A stretch of DNA of 64,000 bases. Source: Bacteroidaceae bacterium. Lineage in GTDB: Bacteria; Bacteroidota; Bacteroidia; Bacteroidales; Bacteroidaceae. Positions 55,631 to 62,881 of the stretch are shown here, in pieces (the stretch's first letter is position 1; every line of letters starts with the position of its first letter). The translations under genes and the position numbers were made by a program. The stretch covers positions 2,467-66,466 of the forward strand of contig JBGVOS010000040.1 in NCBI GenBank assembly GCA_045126595.1, read 5' to 3'. Below the pieces are notes generated by a model that was not told the origin of the DNA, did not search any database, and saw nothing but the letters and a program-made list of their open reading frames with translations.

Positions 55631-56498
55631 GGCGTAGAACTTTGTTGTAGAATTGATAAATACGATCTTTCCATCTTTTGAATCTGCGAATCTTGCAATC
55701 TAACCAAGCATATATCTTGTAACCTTTGTAACGCTTGTCCAATTCTTCGCTGCATTCATGGTATAATCCGTAACCTTCGTTTAGTTTTGTTCCCAACTCC
55801 ATTTTTTCCCAAAAAGATTTATTTTTAAAATCCATGTGGAAAATATAGTCTTTATTCCAATCTTTGCATTTTGCACTTAAGCCTCTTTCTTTGATGTCAT
55901 AAACCATTACGCACTCATTTGTGTAAGCTAGCTTATGTTGCCGCAAAAGTTTGAATATAGCCTCAAGGTCTTCGTATCGGGAGAACTCTTCGTTGTATAG
56001 ACTATTGTTCATAATAGAGCGTTTGTACAATGTAGTCCCTGCGCATAAACAAATAGAATGAAAATACCATGCGCGAAAGTTGTTACTTACAATGCCATTT
56101 TTCCATCGGTTGCATACGACTTTCCGCTCAACATCTTCTGTATAGAAATTTGCATGAGAAATAGGCACGCAATACTTATTGGCTGCTCCTATAAGTATGT
56201 CTAAAGCTTTGGGAAGAAAATAATCATCAGAGTCTAAAAATATAATCCATTCACCTCTGCTTTCCTTTATACCTTTGTTGCGGGCTGTGCTTGCACCCCC
56301 ATTCTCCTTATGGAATACTCGTACACGAGAGTCCTTCCCTGCATATTCATCACAGATAGCACCCGAAGAGTCGGTGCTGCCATCATCGACCAGTAGCAAC
56401 TCAAAGTCGGTATAGGTTTGGCCCAGGATGCTATCGATGCAGCGATGGAGATATTTCTCGGTATTGTAGACGGGGACGATGACTGAAATTATTGGCAT
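55608..56498 (-). CDS. Glycosyltransferase family 2
   Basis: Starts MPIISVIVPVYNTEKYLHRCIDSILGQTYTDFELLLVDDGSTD (cat at 56496-56498); DSDD motif. Confidence 0.88.
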   Translation of the reverse strand: MPIISVIVPVYNTEKYLHRCIDSILGQTYTDFELLLVDDGSTDSSGAICDEYAGKDSRVRVFHKENGGASTARNKGIKESRGEWIIFLDSDDYFLPKALDILIGAANKYCVPISHANFYTEDVERKVVCNRWKNGIVSNNFRAWYFHSICLCAGTTLYKRSIMNNSLYNEEFSRYEDLEAIFKLLRQHKLAYTNECVMVYDIKERGLSAKCKDWNKDYIFHMDFKNKSFWEKMELGTKLNEGYGLYHECSEELDKRYKGYKIYAWLDCKIRRFKRWKDRIYQFYNKVLRHENIPNV

Positions 56499-56732
56499 GA
56501 TTATAATGATGAACGAAAACACGCTTGCGTGTGATTAACGGTGAGCGGTGAGTGGTTAAAGGTTAAGGGGACAGCTTTGCTGTCGGGGTTAGGGGTTATG
56601 GGTAAGTAGTTAGTGGAGTCGCTGGTGCGAACGAAGACAGCTCCGCTGTACGAAGATATAATAAACGAAGATAACCGGAGGCTGTACGAAAACGGGAACA
56701 CGCGGAGCGGGTGATTTACGGTTAACGGAATA
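56499..56732. repeat. Mixed array (GGTGAGC/GGTTAAG heptamers, then hairpin+ACGAAGA units)
   Basis: gattaacggtgagcggtgagtggttaaaggttaagggg...acgaagaCAGCtccGCTGtacgaagatataataaacgaaga.... It separates the GT2 gene from darG. Confidence 0.85.
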
Positions 56733-57800
56733 TCAAATCATTTTATTCTGATTCAGATGATCAACAATCAATGAGATGTATTTGCTACCAGTGTAAATGC
56801 GTTGTTTGCGAGAGTTCCATGCAGATATATTATCGTTAATATACTCAATAAAAGAAACTTTATCTGAAATATCACAACGCGAGGCTGATTGCTCTTCGTT
56901 CAATATGTAATCAACCGTTGACAATAACTCCAACGAGTAGTTGGAATAATATCCACGCAGAAAGTCTTTCGTACGATTGGCAATATCACGATACGTCTTG
57001 TTCTCTGGTGATTCGAGGTACGATGTGATATACTGGGCTGTGTCATCAAGCAGCCAGAGGGCATCGAACGGCTTGTTCTGCATCCCTACCATCCCCTTGA
57101 TATAACTGCCGTTAAGATAATAGAGTACATGGGCAATCTTACCACCTGAATATGGGCCATAATATCCGCGAGTAAACTCAATCTTGAATATGTCTTTTGC
57201 TCCAAGACGTTGAAGGAAATATACAATCTTCTCCGCCGCAAAAACTGAAATAAACTCACCATACGACACCATATCGCATAACACATCAAGGAGCATTGCA
57301 CGAGCAGGAGTCAACTTTACGCGTTCTTCCTTCATCTTCTCCACAATAGCCATAGAAGGTTCATATATACGGATATCGCAGTCAAGATCACCCAGTGAAT
57401 CGATAATCATCTTTTTTACACGAGACCAGTCAAGGCCTCCATTATGAGAGCCAAGAGGGGGGATAGCTATGGAACGTATACCTAATTCCTGTATCTTGCT
57501 TCTCAAAGCGATAAGTCCTGATTCTATATATGCATATTCTGATGGTTTGCGCCAAGTGGTCTTGGTCGGGAAATTGATGATCAGTTTATCCCCATCAAGG
57601 CGCTTGTTCTCTGTGATGAGAAGCTGGCCTACGGTCAACATACCCTCTTTACAGGCTCTGCGATAGATGCTATAGTTCTCCGGAAAACGCTCCTTGAACT
57701 GCAACGCAATACCCTTACCCATAACCCCTACAGTATTCACCGTATTTACCAAGGCTTGGGCATCATCCATGAGCAAATCGCCTTTTATATAGGTAATCAT
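56733..57800 (-). CDS. darG: DarG-type macrodomain antitoxin (ADP-ribosyl-DNA glycohydrolase + C-terminal DarT-binding domain)
   Basis: The N-terminal macrodomain is ITYIKGDLL...ALVNTVNTVGVMGKGIALQFKERFP...IAIPPLGSHNGGL. It lies 2 nt downstream of darT. Confidence 0.85.
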   Translation of the reverse strand: MITYIKGDLLMDDAQALVNTVNTVGVMGKGIALQFKERFPENYSIYRRACKEGMLTVGQLLITENKRLDGDKLIINFPTKTTWRKPSEYAYIESGLIALRSKIQELGIRSIAIPPLGSHNGGLDWSRVKKMIIDSLGDLDCDIRIYEPSMAIVEKMKEERVKLTPARAMLLDVLCDMVSYGEFISVFAAEKIVYFLQRLGAKDIFKIEFTRGYYGPYSGGKIAHVLYYLNGSYIKGMVGMQNKPFDALWLLDDTAQYITSYLESPENKTYRDIANRTKDFLRGYYSNYSLELLSTVDYILNEEQSASRCDISDKVSFIEYINDNISAWNSRKQRIYTGSKYISLIVDHLNQNKMI

Positions 57801-57802
57801 AA

Positions 57803-58414
57803 TCAGTAATAATAATCTGAGTTAACAACAATTAGATTAACATCGATACCATAATGAATCAACCTTTGTTTAGCCAGTTCATTATAGACAACATATCCAC
57901 AGATATAGTTTGGCGAAAGCGCGTTCCTAATCAACAATTCTGCCTCTTTACGTCGTTTAAGGTCTGTATCTGTTTCGCTAATCCAATACTTTGCGTAAAC
58001 CTCATCATAAGAAACGATACTGTTTATCTCAGTAAGCTTGTCGTGTGTATAGAAATCCGTGAGTGCACTTAACGCATGCCCATCAGTAAAAAGACATTCA
58101 ACATTATCAGCTATCAACTCTTCTATTTTTATCACACAATATACTATGTCTTCTGGATTCTGCTTTTCCACCCCATTATATCCATGCTGAATAACATATA
58201 GCATCACCGAACGTGGACCAAAATAAAATGGAATATACTGCGCCAAATCATACCCCTTTATCTTCGTAGCCCTTTTCCCTATAACCTCTCTGTCACCTAT
58301 AGACTTATAGGTAGAACTAGCAAATTCTGAGCCAGGAAGCACAAAACCCGTTTCACTGATATAAGGGATATTATCAATGTGGGTGATTCTGAATCCGTAA
58401 CGTATTTTATTCAC
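57803..58414 (-). CDS. darT: DarT (DUF4433) ssDNA ADP-ribosyltransferase toxin
   Basis: FRITHIDNIPYI, YIPFYFGPRSVMLYVI, FTDGHA and RRKEAELLI align motif-for-motif with characterised DarT (YHITHIDNL / VPFYFCPRSPMLYAI / FTDRHA / KKQAEFLV) as I recall it. Confidence 0.88.
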   Translation of the reverse strand: MNKIRYGFRITHIDNIPYISETGFVLPGSEFASSTYKSIGDREVIGKRATKIKGYDLAQYIPFYFGPRSVMLYVIQHGYNGVEKQNPEDIVYCVIKIEELIADNVECLFTDGHALSALTDFYTHDKLTEINSIVSYDEVYAKYWISETDTDLKRRKEAELLIRNALSPNYICGYVVYNELAKQRLIHYGIDVNLIVVNSDYYY

Positions 58415-58496
58415 TACGGTTAAGGGTGTGGTAGTTAAGGATGAGCACTGAAAGGACAGCCGGAGTCTGGGATTAACGTGTAAATGATTAATGCTC
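58415..58496. repeat. Short array-type spacer (GGTTAAG-like) between darT and the DUF3791 gene
   Basis: cggttaagggtgtggtagttaaggatgagc ... gattaacgtgtaaatgattaatg. Confidence 0.6.
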
Positions 58497-58715
58497 TCAA
58501 CCCATAACGCCGGTCAATAATTCGTGCTCAAGGAACGAATATACATATTTCGGACTCTGATAATACAAACCTGTGTTCTTGTCGCGAAGTTTTATGTAGG
58601 TGTCCGAGGTATATACCGTATCTATGGCCTCTTGAAAGGATAGATTTCTCTTTTCCATAAGTAGCGTGGTCAATTCCGCTGCTATGTACTCTACCATATA
58701 TTCTATGTCGTTCAT
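58497..58715 (-). CDS. DUF3791-like small protein
   Basis: 72-aa ORF overlapping the upstream gene by 4 nt (ATGA). It is the partner type that usually accompanies DUF3990. The family assignment is from memory. Confidence 0.6.
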   Translation of the reverse strand: MNDIEYMVEYIAAELTTLLMEKRNLSFQEAIDTVYTSDTYIKLRDKNTGLYYQSPKYVYSFLEHELLTGVMG

Positions 58716-59185
58716 AGTTTAGATAAGTGTGAAATGGATCTCTCTGTTCCGAAAAAGTACTGAAAGGTTATACCCTTGAAGTATTTTATCCGATGAAGGA
58801 ACTCTCCCATGTCTATGCTCCCTTCTGTCAACTTCTGCATTTGGAGTCCAATCTTGTCGTTGGCTATCGGACCGTATATCACATCATACTCATCTTGCAA
58901 AAATTCGGATTCTTCTCTGTTTTTGAATACAAATTTTGCCCATTCTTCTGAATATGAATCAAAGGATAGGTATCGCAATGTGCCATCCGATAGTTTGCGT
59001 TCGTCAAAACTGAATGAAGTGACTATAGGAGTGCCACCCAATGCCATGGTACGTAGGGAAGCCATTTGCTCGGCCTGCTGTAAATCGGCAGACAGGTAAA
59101 AACCTCTTCCAAAATCCTTGAAAGGTTTTGATTTTAGCAACTCTATATTGTTTATTTCAACGTTGCTGCCATGATAAAGTATCAT
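58712..59185 (-). CDS. DUF3990-like protein with PARP-like H-Y-E motifs (candidate ADP-ribosyltransferase fold)
   Basis: 157-aa ORF with LYHGS (res 3-7), GRGFYLSAD (26-34) and DEYDVIYG (98-105). It has 4-nt overlaps with both neighbours. Confidence 0.65.
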   Translation of the reverse strand: MILYHGSNVEINNIELLKSKPFKDFGRGFYLSADLQQAEQMASLRTMALGGTPIVTSFSFDERKLSDGTLRYLSFDSYSEEWAKFVFKNREESEFLQDEYDVIYGPIANDKIGLQMQKLTEGSIDMGEFLHRIKYFKGITFQYFFGTERSISHLSKL

Positions 59186-59409
59186 ACGATGCCTCCTCCT
59201 TGACGTTTCATATAATTGACTAGCATATCCATCGCATCAGAAAAACTAAGAGTATGCATGATGTCATAATGCTTGTCTACCATATCTACTCCTCCATAAC
59301 GCTTCACATAGCGATATGACTGTAGTACGTTCAAATTATGCCACTTGGCGAAGTGTGATATGAGTGACATCAGATATTCTGCCTTGTCTCTAATTATAGA
59401 TCTTTCCAT
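59182..59409 (-). CDS. DUF3791-like small protein
   Basis: 75-aa ORF containing ...YDIMHTLSFSDAMDMLVNYMKRQGG. It is the first gene of a translationally coupled three-gene operon. Confidence 0.6.
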   Translation of the reverse strand: MERSIIRDKAEYLMSLISHFAKWHNLNVLQSYRYVKRYGGVDMVDKHYDIMHTLSFSDAMDMLVNYMKRQGGGIV

Positions 59410-59470
59410 ACGATATTTATATTCATAGGCAAAGTAACAAATAATTTAGTTGACCTCCTATGCTTTTAAC

Positions 59471-59854
59471 CATTTTTGAGGATACGATTAACGAGTAACG
59501 AAGACAGCTGCGCTATACGATGATATAATAAACGAAGATAGCCGGAGGTTGTACGAAGAGCGACAAGCGCTACGAAAATAGCCTTTGGCTATACGAAAAT
59601 ACTAAACAGTACGATGGGTTATTGTTTTCTTAGGGTTCTTATCAATCGGCTTAGCTGACACTCTATAGAGGTGACAGACGAATTTAAGGCTTCATAGCCT
59701 TCGTACTGCCTCGGCAGTATTTGTTATCGTTATTATTGCTTTTCGTGCATCGTGCGCGCTTTGCGTGCCTTCGTACAGCTTTAGCTGTCTTTGTAGCGGA
59801 TCACCGCTCTTCGTGCACTCCGTGCCTTCGTTGTCACTTTGCTCGCAAAGTGAC
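59471..59854. repeat. ACGAAGA-array | four-helix-bundle gene remnant | TTCGT-array, ending in a 10-bp perfect hairpin
   Basis: The left part contains ...aacgaagacagctgcgctatacgatgatataataaacgaaga...TAGCCtttGGCTAtacgaaaa. The right part contains cttcgt-ACTGCCtcGGCAGT, cttcgt-ACAGCTttAGCTGT, cttcgt-GCACtccGTGC and GTCACTTTGCtcGCAAAGTGAC. Confidence 0.85.
59619..59675 (-). pseudogene. 3'-terminal remnant of a second four-helix-bundle (Avd-like) gene
   Basis: ttattgttttcttagggttcttatcaatcggcttagctgacactctataga matches ttattgtttccttaaggttctaatcaatcgacttagttggcactcgataga at 47147-47197, roughly 85% identity by eye. It would encode ...SIECQLSRLIRTLRKQ*. The rest of the ORF is missing. Confidence 0.7.
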
Positions 59855-60028
59855 ATACCTCTGGGGCTTAGACTAATTCATAATCGCATAAGAATCAGCC
59901 TATTAGATAGCAACAGCGTGTTAATTTCTCTATGCATAAGAGAAGTTTGGTGTAAAGATACGTGTTTATATTTGATTTTCATACTTTTTAACGATTTATT
60001 TTGAGGGGAAGGGTGAGCAGCCGCGTTC

Positions 60029-60158
60029 GTGTCATCTCGAGCGAATGCGAGAGATCTCGTAAAGTCTCTTGAAATATAATCTCCAGTCCCAGCGTGAGAT
60101 CCTTGACTTCAGCCCCTTCGGGCGTCGACCTAAAGGTTCACTTCGTTCAGGATGACAC
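60029..60158. repeat. REP/MITE-like palindromic element (130 bp)
   Basis: gtgtcatctcgagcgaatgcgagagatctcgtaaag ... gtcccagcgtgagatcc ... cacttcgttcaggatgacac. The internal gtcccagcg.gagatcc segment is shared with the copy at 34578. Confidence 0.75.
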
Positions 60159-60174
60159 GGAGAGCCCCTACCTC

Positions 60175-60236
60175 CTTAACCCTTCACCTTTTAACCCTTA
60201 ACCTTTAACCCTTCACCTTTAACCCTTAACCCTTTC
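60175..60236. repeat. C-orientation GGTTAAG/GGTGAAG-type array
   Basis: cttaacccttcaccttttaacccttaacctttaacccttcacctttaacccttaaccctttc, abutting the VirE-like stop codon. Confidence 0.85.
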
Positions 60237-60237
60237 A

Positions 60238-62454
60238 TCACTCCAAAGCGCTGAGGCGGGCGGTCTCCTGCTGGCGTAGCTTGATGTCGGTGTGGGTGAG
60301 CAGGATGACATTCCATCCACGTATGTTGTCATGACGGCGGGGCTGGTAGCCCAGGCGGTTCATCCAGATGGCGATGGTGCGCGGCAGGAGTGGGGTCTTC
60401 ACACCGATGTTGATGGTCTCGATGATACGTGTGGCGGTGTAGAACTCGCCCACCTCGTGCGGCTCGGGACGGCGGAAGTAGGTCTGTATGAGCTCACACT
60501 CCATGTTGGGTTCCTCGAAGTGGTGGTTGTGGCACTCGAGCTCGGCATTCTCCTCGGCGGTAAACCAATAGGGGAATCCTTCACACCATAGGGCATAGGC
60601 CTGGGCATAGAGGCCCTCGTAGGGGATGGGATGATCGTAGGGCGAGTCGATGCTGTCGACCATGAAGGGGAGCCAGCGACGGTTGCCGGTGAGGTCGGTG
60701 AGGAAGCGGGGGTTGTTGCCCGTGGCACAGAACGAGGCGATATGTTCGCGACGCTCGCGGTAACGGGCATAGGCGGCACGCTCGTTCACCGAAGGGTCGG
60801 TGGTGAGGGCCTTGAGCTGGTTGAGCGCGCGAGGCTTCAGGTTGTCGAGCTCCTCGAGGGCGATGAGGGCCATCTCGGTGAGCTCCAGACGGTCGTCCCT
60901 GTCCATGCGATGGGCAAAGTTGCGGGCCGAGAAGTAATCGCGCAGCACGGGAGGTAGCAGGTGGCGCATGAAGGTACTCTTGAAGATACCTTGCGAACCG
61001 ATATAGGTGAGTATCTCGTGGTTGGTCTTGTCGGGATCGAACCATGCCGCCACCATGCCTACAAACCACTTCCTGAAGTAGCGGTTGTGCATCTCCTGCG
61101 AGCAGCCGGTGACATGGACGCGAGAGGCGAGCTCTTCGATGTAGTCGTATCCATCCCACGGGGAAAGGCTGGTCATATACTCGCGCATGGGGTGGTACTC
61201 GGGGTAGAAATCGCTCTCGATGATGATGTAGAGGTCGGAGAGACGCAGCCTACGGCCGGTGTCGAGGGAGAAGGCGCGGTAGAGCGAGTGGACGTGGCGG
61301 TCGGTGAGCTCGGACCATAGTAACGATGACGAAAACGAAGACGAAGACTTTTTCTCCAATTTATCATCGTTATGGTCATCGTACAGCTCTTGGGCGGTGG
61401 TGGCTGGCGGTGGACAATGGGTACCTATCTCCCACTTGCGACTGATGACGTTGTGGCGTATGCGGACCTCCTTCTGGGTGAGGTAGTCCTGTATCTCGGC
61501 TACCGTGGCACAGCTGTCTTTCTTCTCACGAGGCAACTGCCGAGTGGCATGCTCGGTGGTCTGCTGGTAGCAGGAGCGGACGATGGAGGCGACGTCGTTG
61601 CCCGCAGCGGCATAGTCGGTAAAGCGGGCAAGGGCCCATGCCGTACAGTCGGTCTCGGACACTCCGTAGCGGTTCATCAGGTAGCAGGCCTGCGAGATGT
61701 AGCGGTTGTGCTCGCCGGGGATGTAGCATACGCCACGGCGCTCCAGCTGCTCGCAGACATGCGACTCGGCAGCCTCGGCCGTACGCACCTGGCGTGGACG
61801 ACCCGAAGGGCGCTTGGCCTCGAGCTGCACCTCGAAGGGCACAGCAGCAGGGTTGTAATGGAGCGTGGGATCATAGGCGGCGCCCGACAGACGGGTGGCA
61901 TTCTTGCACAAGGGGTCGGTGGCAAGGCCGGTGAGGGTCTCGTAGTAGGCGTTGACCTGAAGGAAGGCGGACTTGTACTCGGGGAATGAGGAGCGGTGAA
62001 CGGGAAACGGGGAGGGGGCAGCGGGGAGCGGATGAGCGGTTAGAGGGTGAGCGGATGAGGGGTGAGCGGGGAGCGTATACCGCGCCACGACACGCACGCC
62101 CTGTCCCGAGATGGTGGTATAGGCAAGCAGGGTGTGGGGGTCGTGGCCGACGAGCGTCAACACGCGCGGCATATCGTCGGGCGACACGTGGTCGATATCG
62201 ACGAGGGTGAGCCCGGTGAAGGCGGCGATATGGTCCTTGCGCTTGCCACCCTCGAAGCGTACGGCCACGCTGAAGCAGGGCATGCGGCGTTTGTAATGCT
62301 GGGCACCGGCCTTATCGCCGATACTGCGATAGTAGCGGTGCTTGTCGGTGAGGTCACGTAGCGAAGCGTCGGTGCGCATCATCTCTACCAGAGCGTCGAG
62401 CTCGATGGGCATGGGGGACTCGTCGGTCCACCCGTTGAAAAGGGATAGTTGCAT
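60238..62454 (-). CDS. VirE/primase-like protein (BT4734-type N-terminal domain + VirE P-loop domain)
   Basis: 738-aa ORF. The N-terminus ...MPCFSVAVRFEGGKRKDHIAAFTGLTLVDIDH is typical of the BT4734-like domain. The C-half resembles virulence-associated protein E. Two low-complexity in-frame inserts are present. Confidence 0.75.
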   Translation of the reverse strand: MQLSLFNGWTDESPMPIELDALVEMMRTDASLRDLTDKHRYYRSIGDKAGAQHYKRRMPCFSVAVRFEGGKRKDHIAAFTGLTLVDIDHVSPDDMPRVLTLVGHDPHTLLAYTTISGQGVRVVARYTLPAHPSSAHPLTAHPLPAAPSPFPVHRSSFPEYKSAFLQVNAYYETLTGLATDPLCKNATRLSGAAYDPTLHYNPAAVPFEVQLEAKRPSGRPRQVRTAEAAESHVCEQLERRGVCYIPGEHNRYISQACYLMNRYGVSETDCTAWALARFTDYAAAGNDVASIVRSCYQQTTEHATRQLPREKKDSCATVAEIQDYLTQKEVRIRHNVISRKWEIGTHCPPPATTAQELYDDHNDDKLEKKSSSSFSSSLLWSELTDRHVHSLYRAFSLDTGRRLRLSDLYIIIESDFYPEYHPMREYMTSLSPWDGYDYIEELASRVHVTGCSQEMHNRYFRKWFVGMVAAWFDPDKTNHEILTYIGSQGIFKSTFMRHLLPPVLRDYFSARNFAHRMDRDDRLELTEMALIALEELDNLKPRALNQLKALTTDPSVNERAAYARYRERREHIASFCATGNNPRFLTDLTGNRRWLPFMVDSIDSPYDHPIPYEGLYAQAYALWCEGFPYWFTAEENAELECHNHHFEEPNMECELIQTYFRRPEPHEVGEFYTATRIIETINIGVKTPLLPRTIAIWMNRLGYQPRRHDNIRGWNVILLTHTDIKLRQQETARLSALE

Positions 62455-62457
62455 GGA

Positions 62458-62768
62458 GGTTAGGGTTTAGGGTTTAGGGTTTAGAGTTTAGTGTTTAGGG
62501 TGTAGGGTTTAGGGTGTAGGGTGTAGGGTGTAGAGTGTAGAGTTTAGTGTTTAGGGTGTAGGGTGTAGGGTTTAGGGTTTAGGGTGTAGAGTTTAGAGTT
62601 TAGGGTTTAGTGTTTAGAGGTTAGGGGGTAGGGTTTAGAGGTTAGGGTTTAGTGTTTAGGGTTTAGAGTTTAGTGTTTAGGGTGTAGGGTGTAGGGTTTA
62701 GGGGTTAGTGTTTAGGGGTTAGGGTTTAGGGACCGTTAACCGTTAACCGCTCACCGCTCACCGTTAAT
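62458..62768. repeat. ~270-bp degenerate heptamer array (TTTAGGG/TGTAGGG/TTTAGAG/TTTAGTG, roughly 40 units) followed by CCGTTAA/CCGCTCA heptamers
   Basis: Read directly from the sequence. It begins 4 nt upstream of the VirE-like start codon. It includes runs such as GGGtgtaGGGtttaGGGtgtaGGGtgtaGGG. Confidence 0.92.
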
Positions 62769-62881
62769 CACTCCAAAGGTAGGGGGAATATTTCAGGGGC
62801 GTTACCCCATATGTGGGGCAATAACTTTATATTTGCCAACATCTTTTTAGAATCATTAACAAATAAACGCTGCACACACGT

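Noticed and set aside
62458-62731. TTTAGGG-type array considered as eukaryotic (plant-type) telomere contamination or a linear-replicon end
   Set aside because: The array is internal and flanked on both sides by contiguous bacterial genes. Its units are degenerate (TGTAGGG, TTTAGAG, TTTAGTG), and smaller arrays of the same family are interleaved with bacterial ORFs throughout the locus. Raw-read verification is still advisable.
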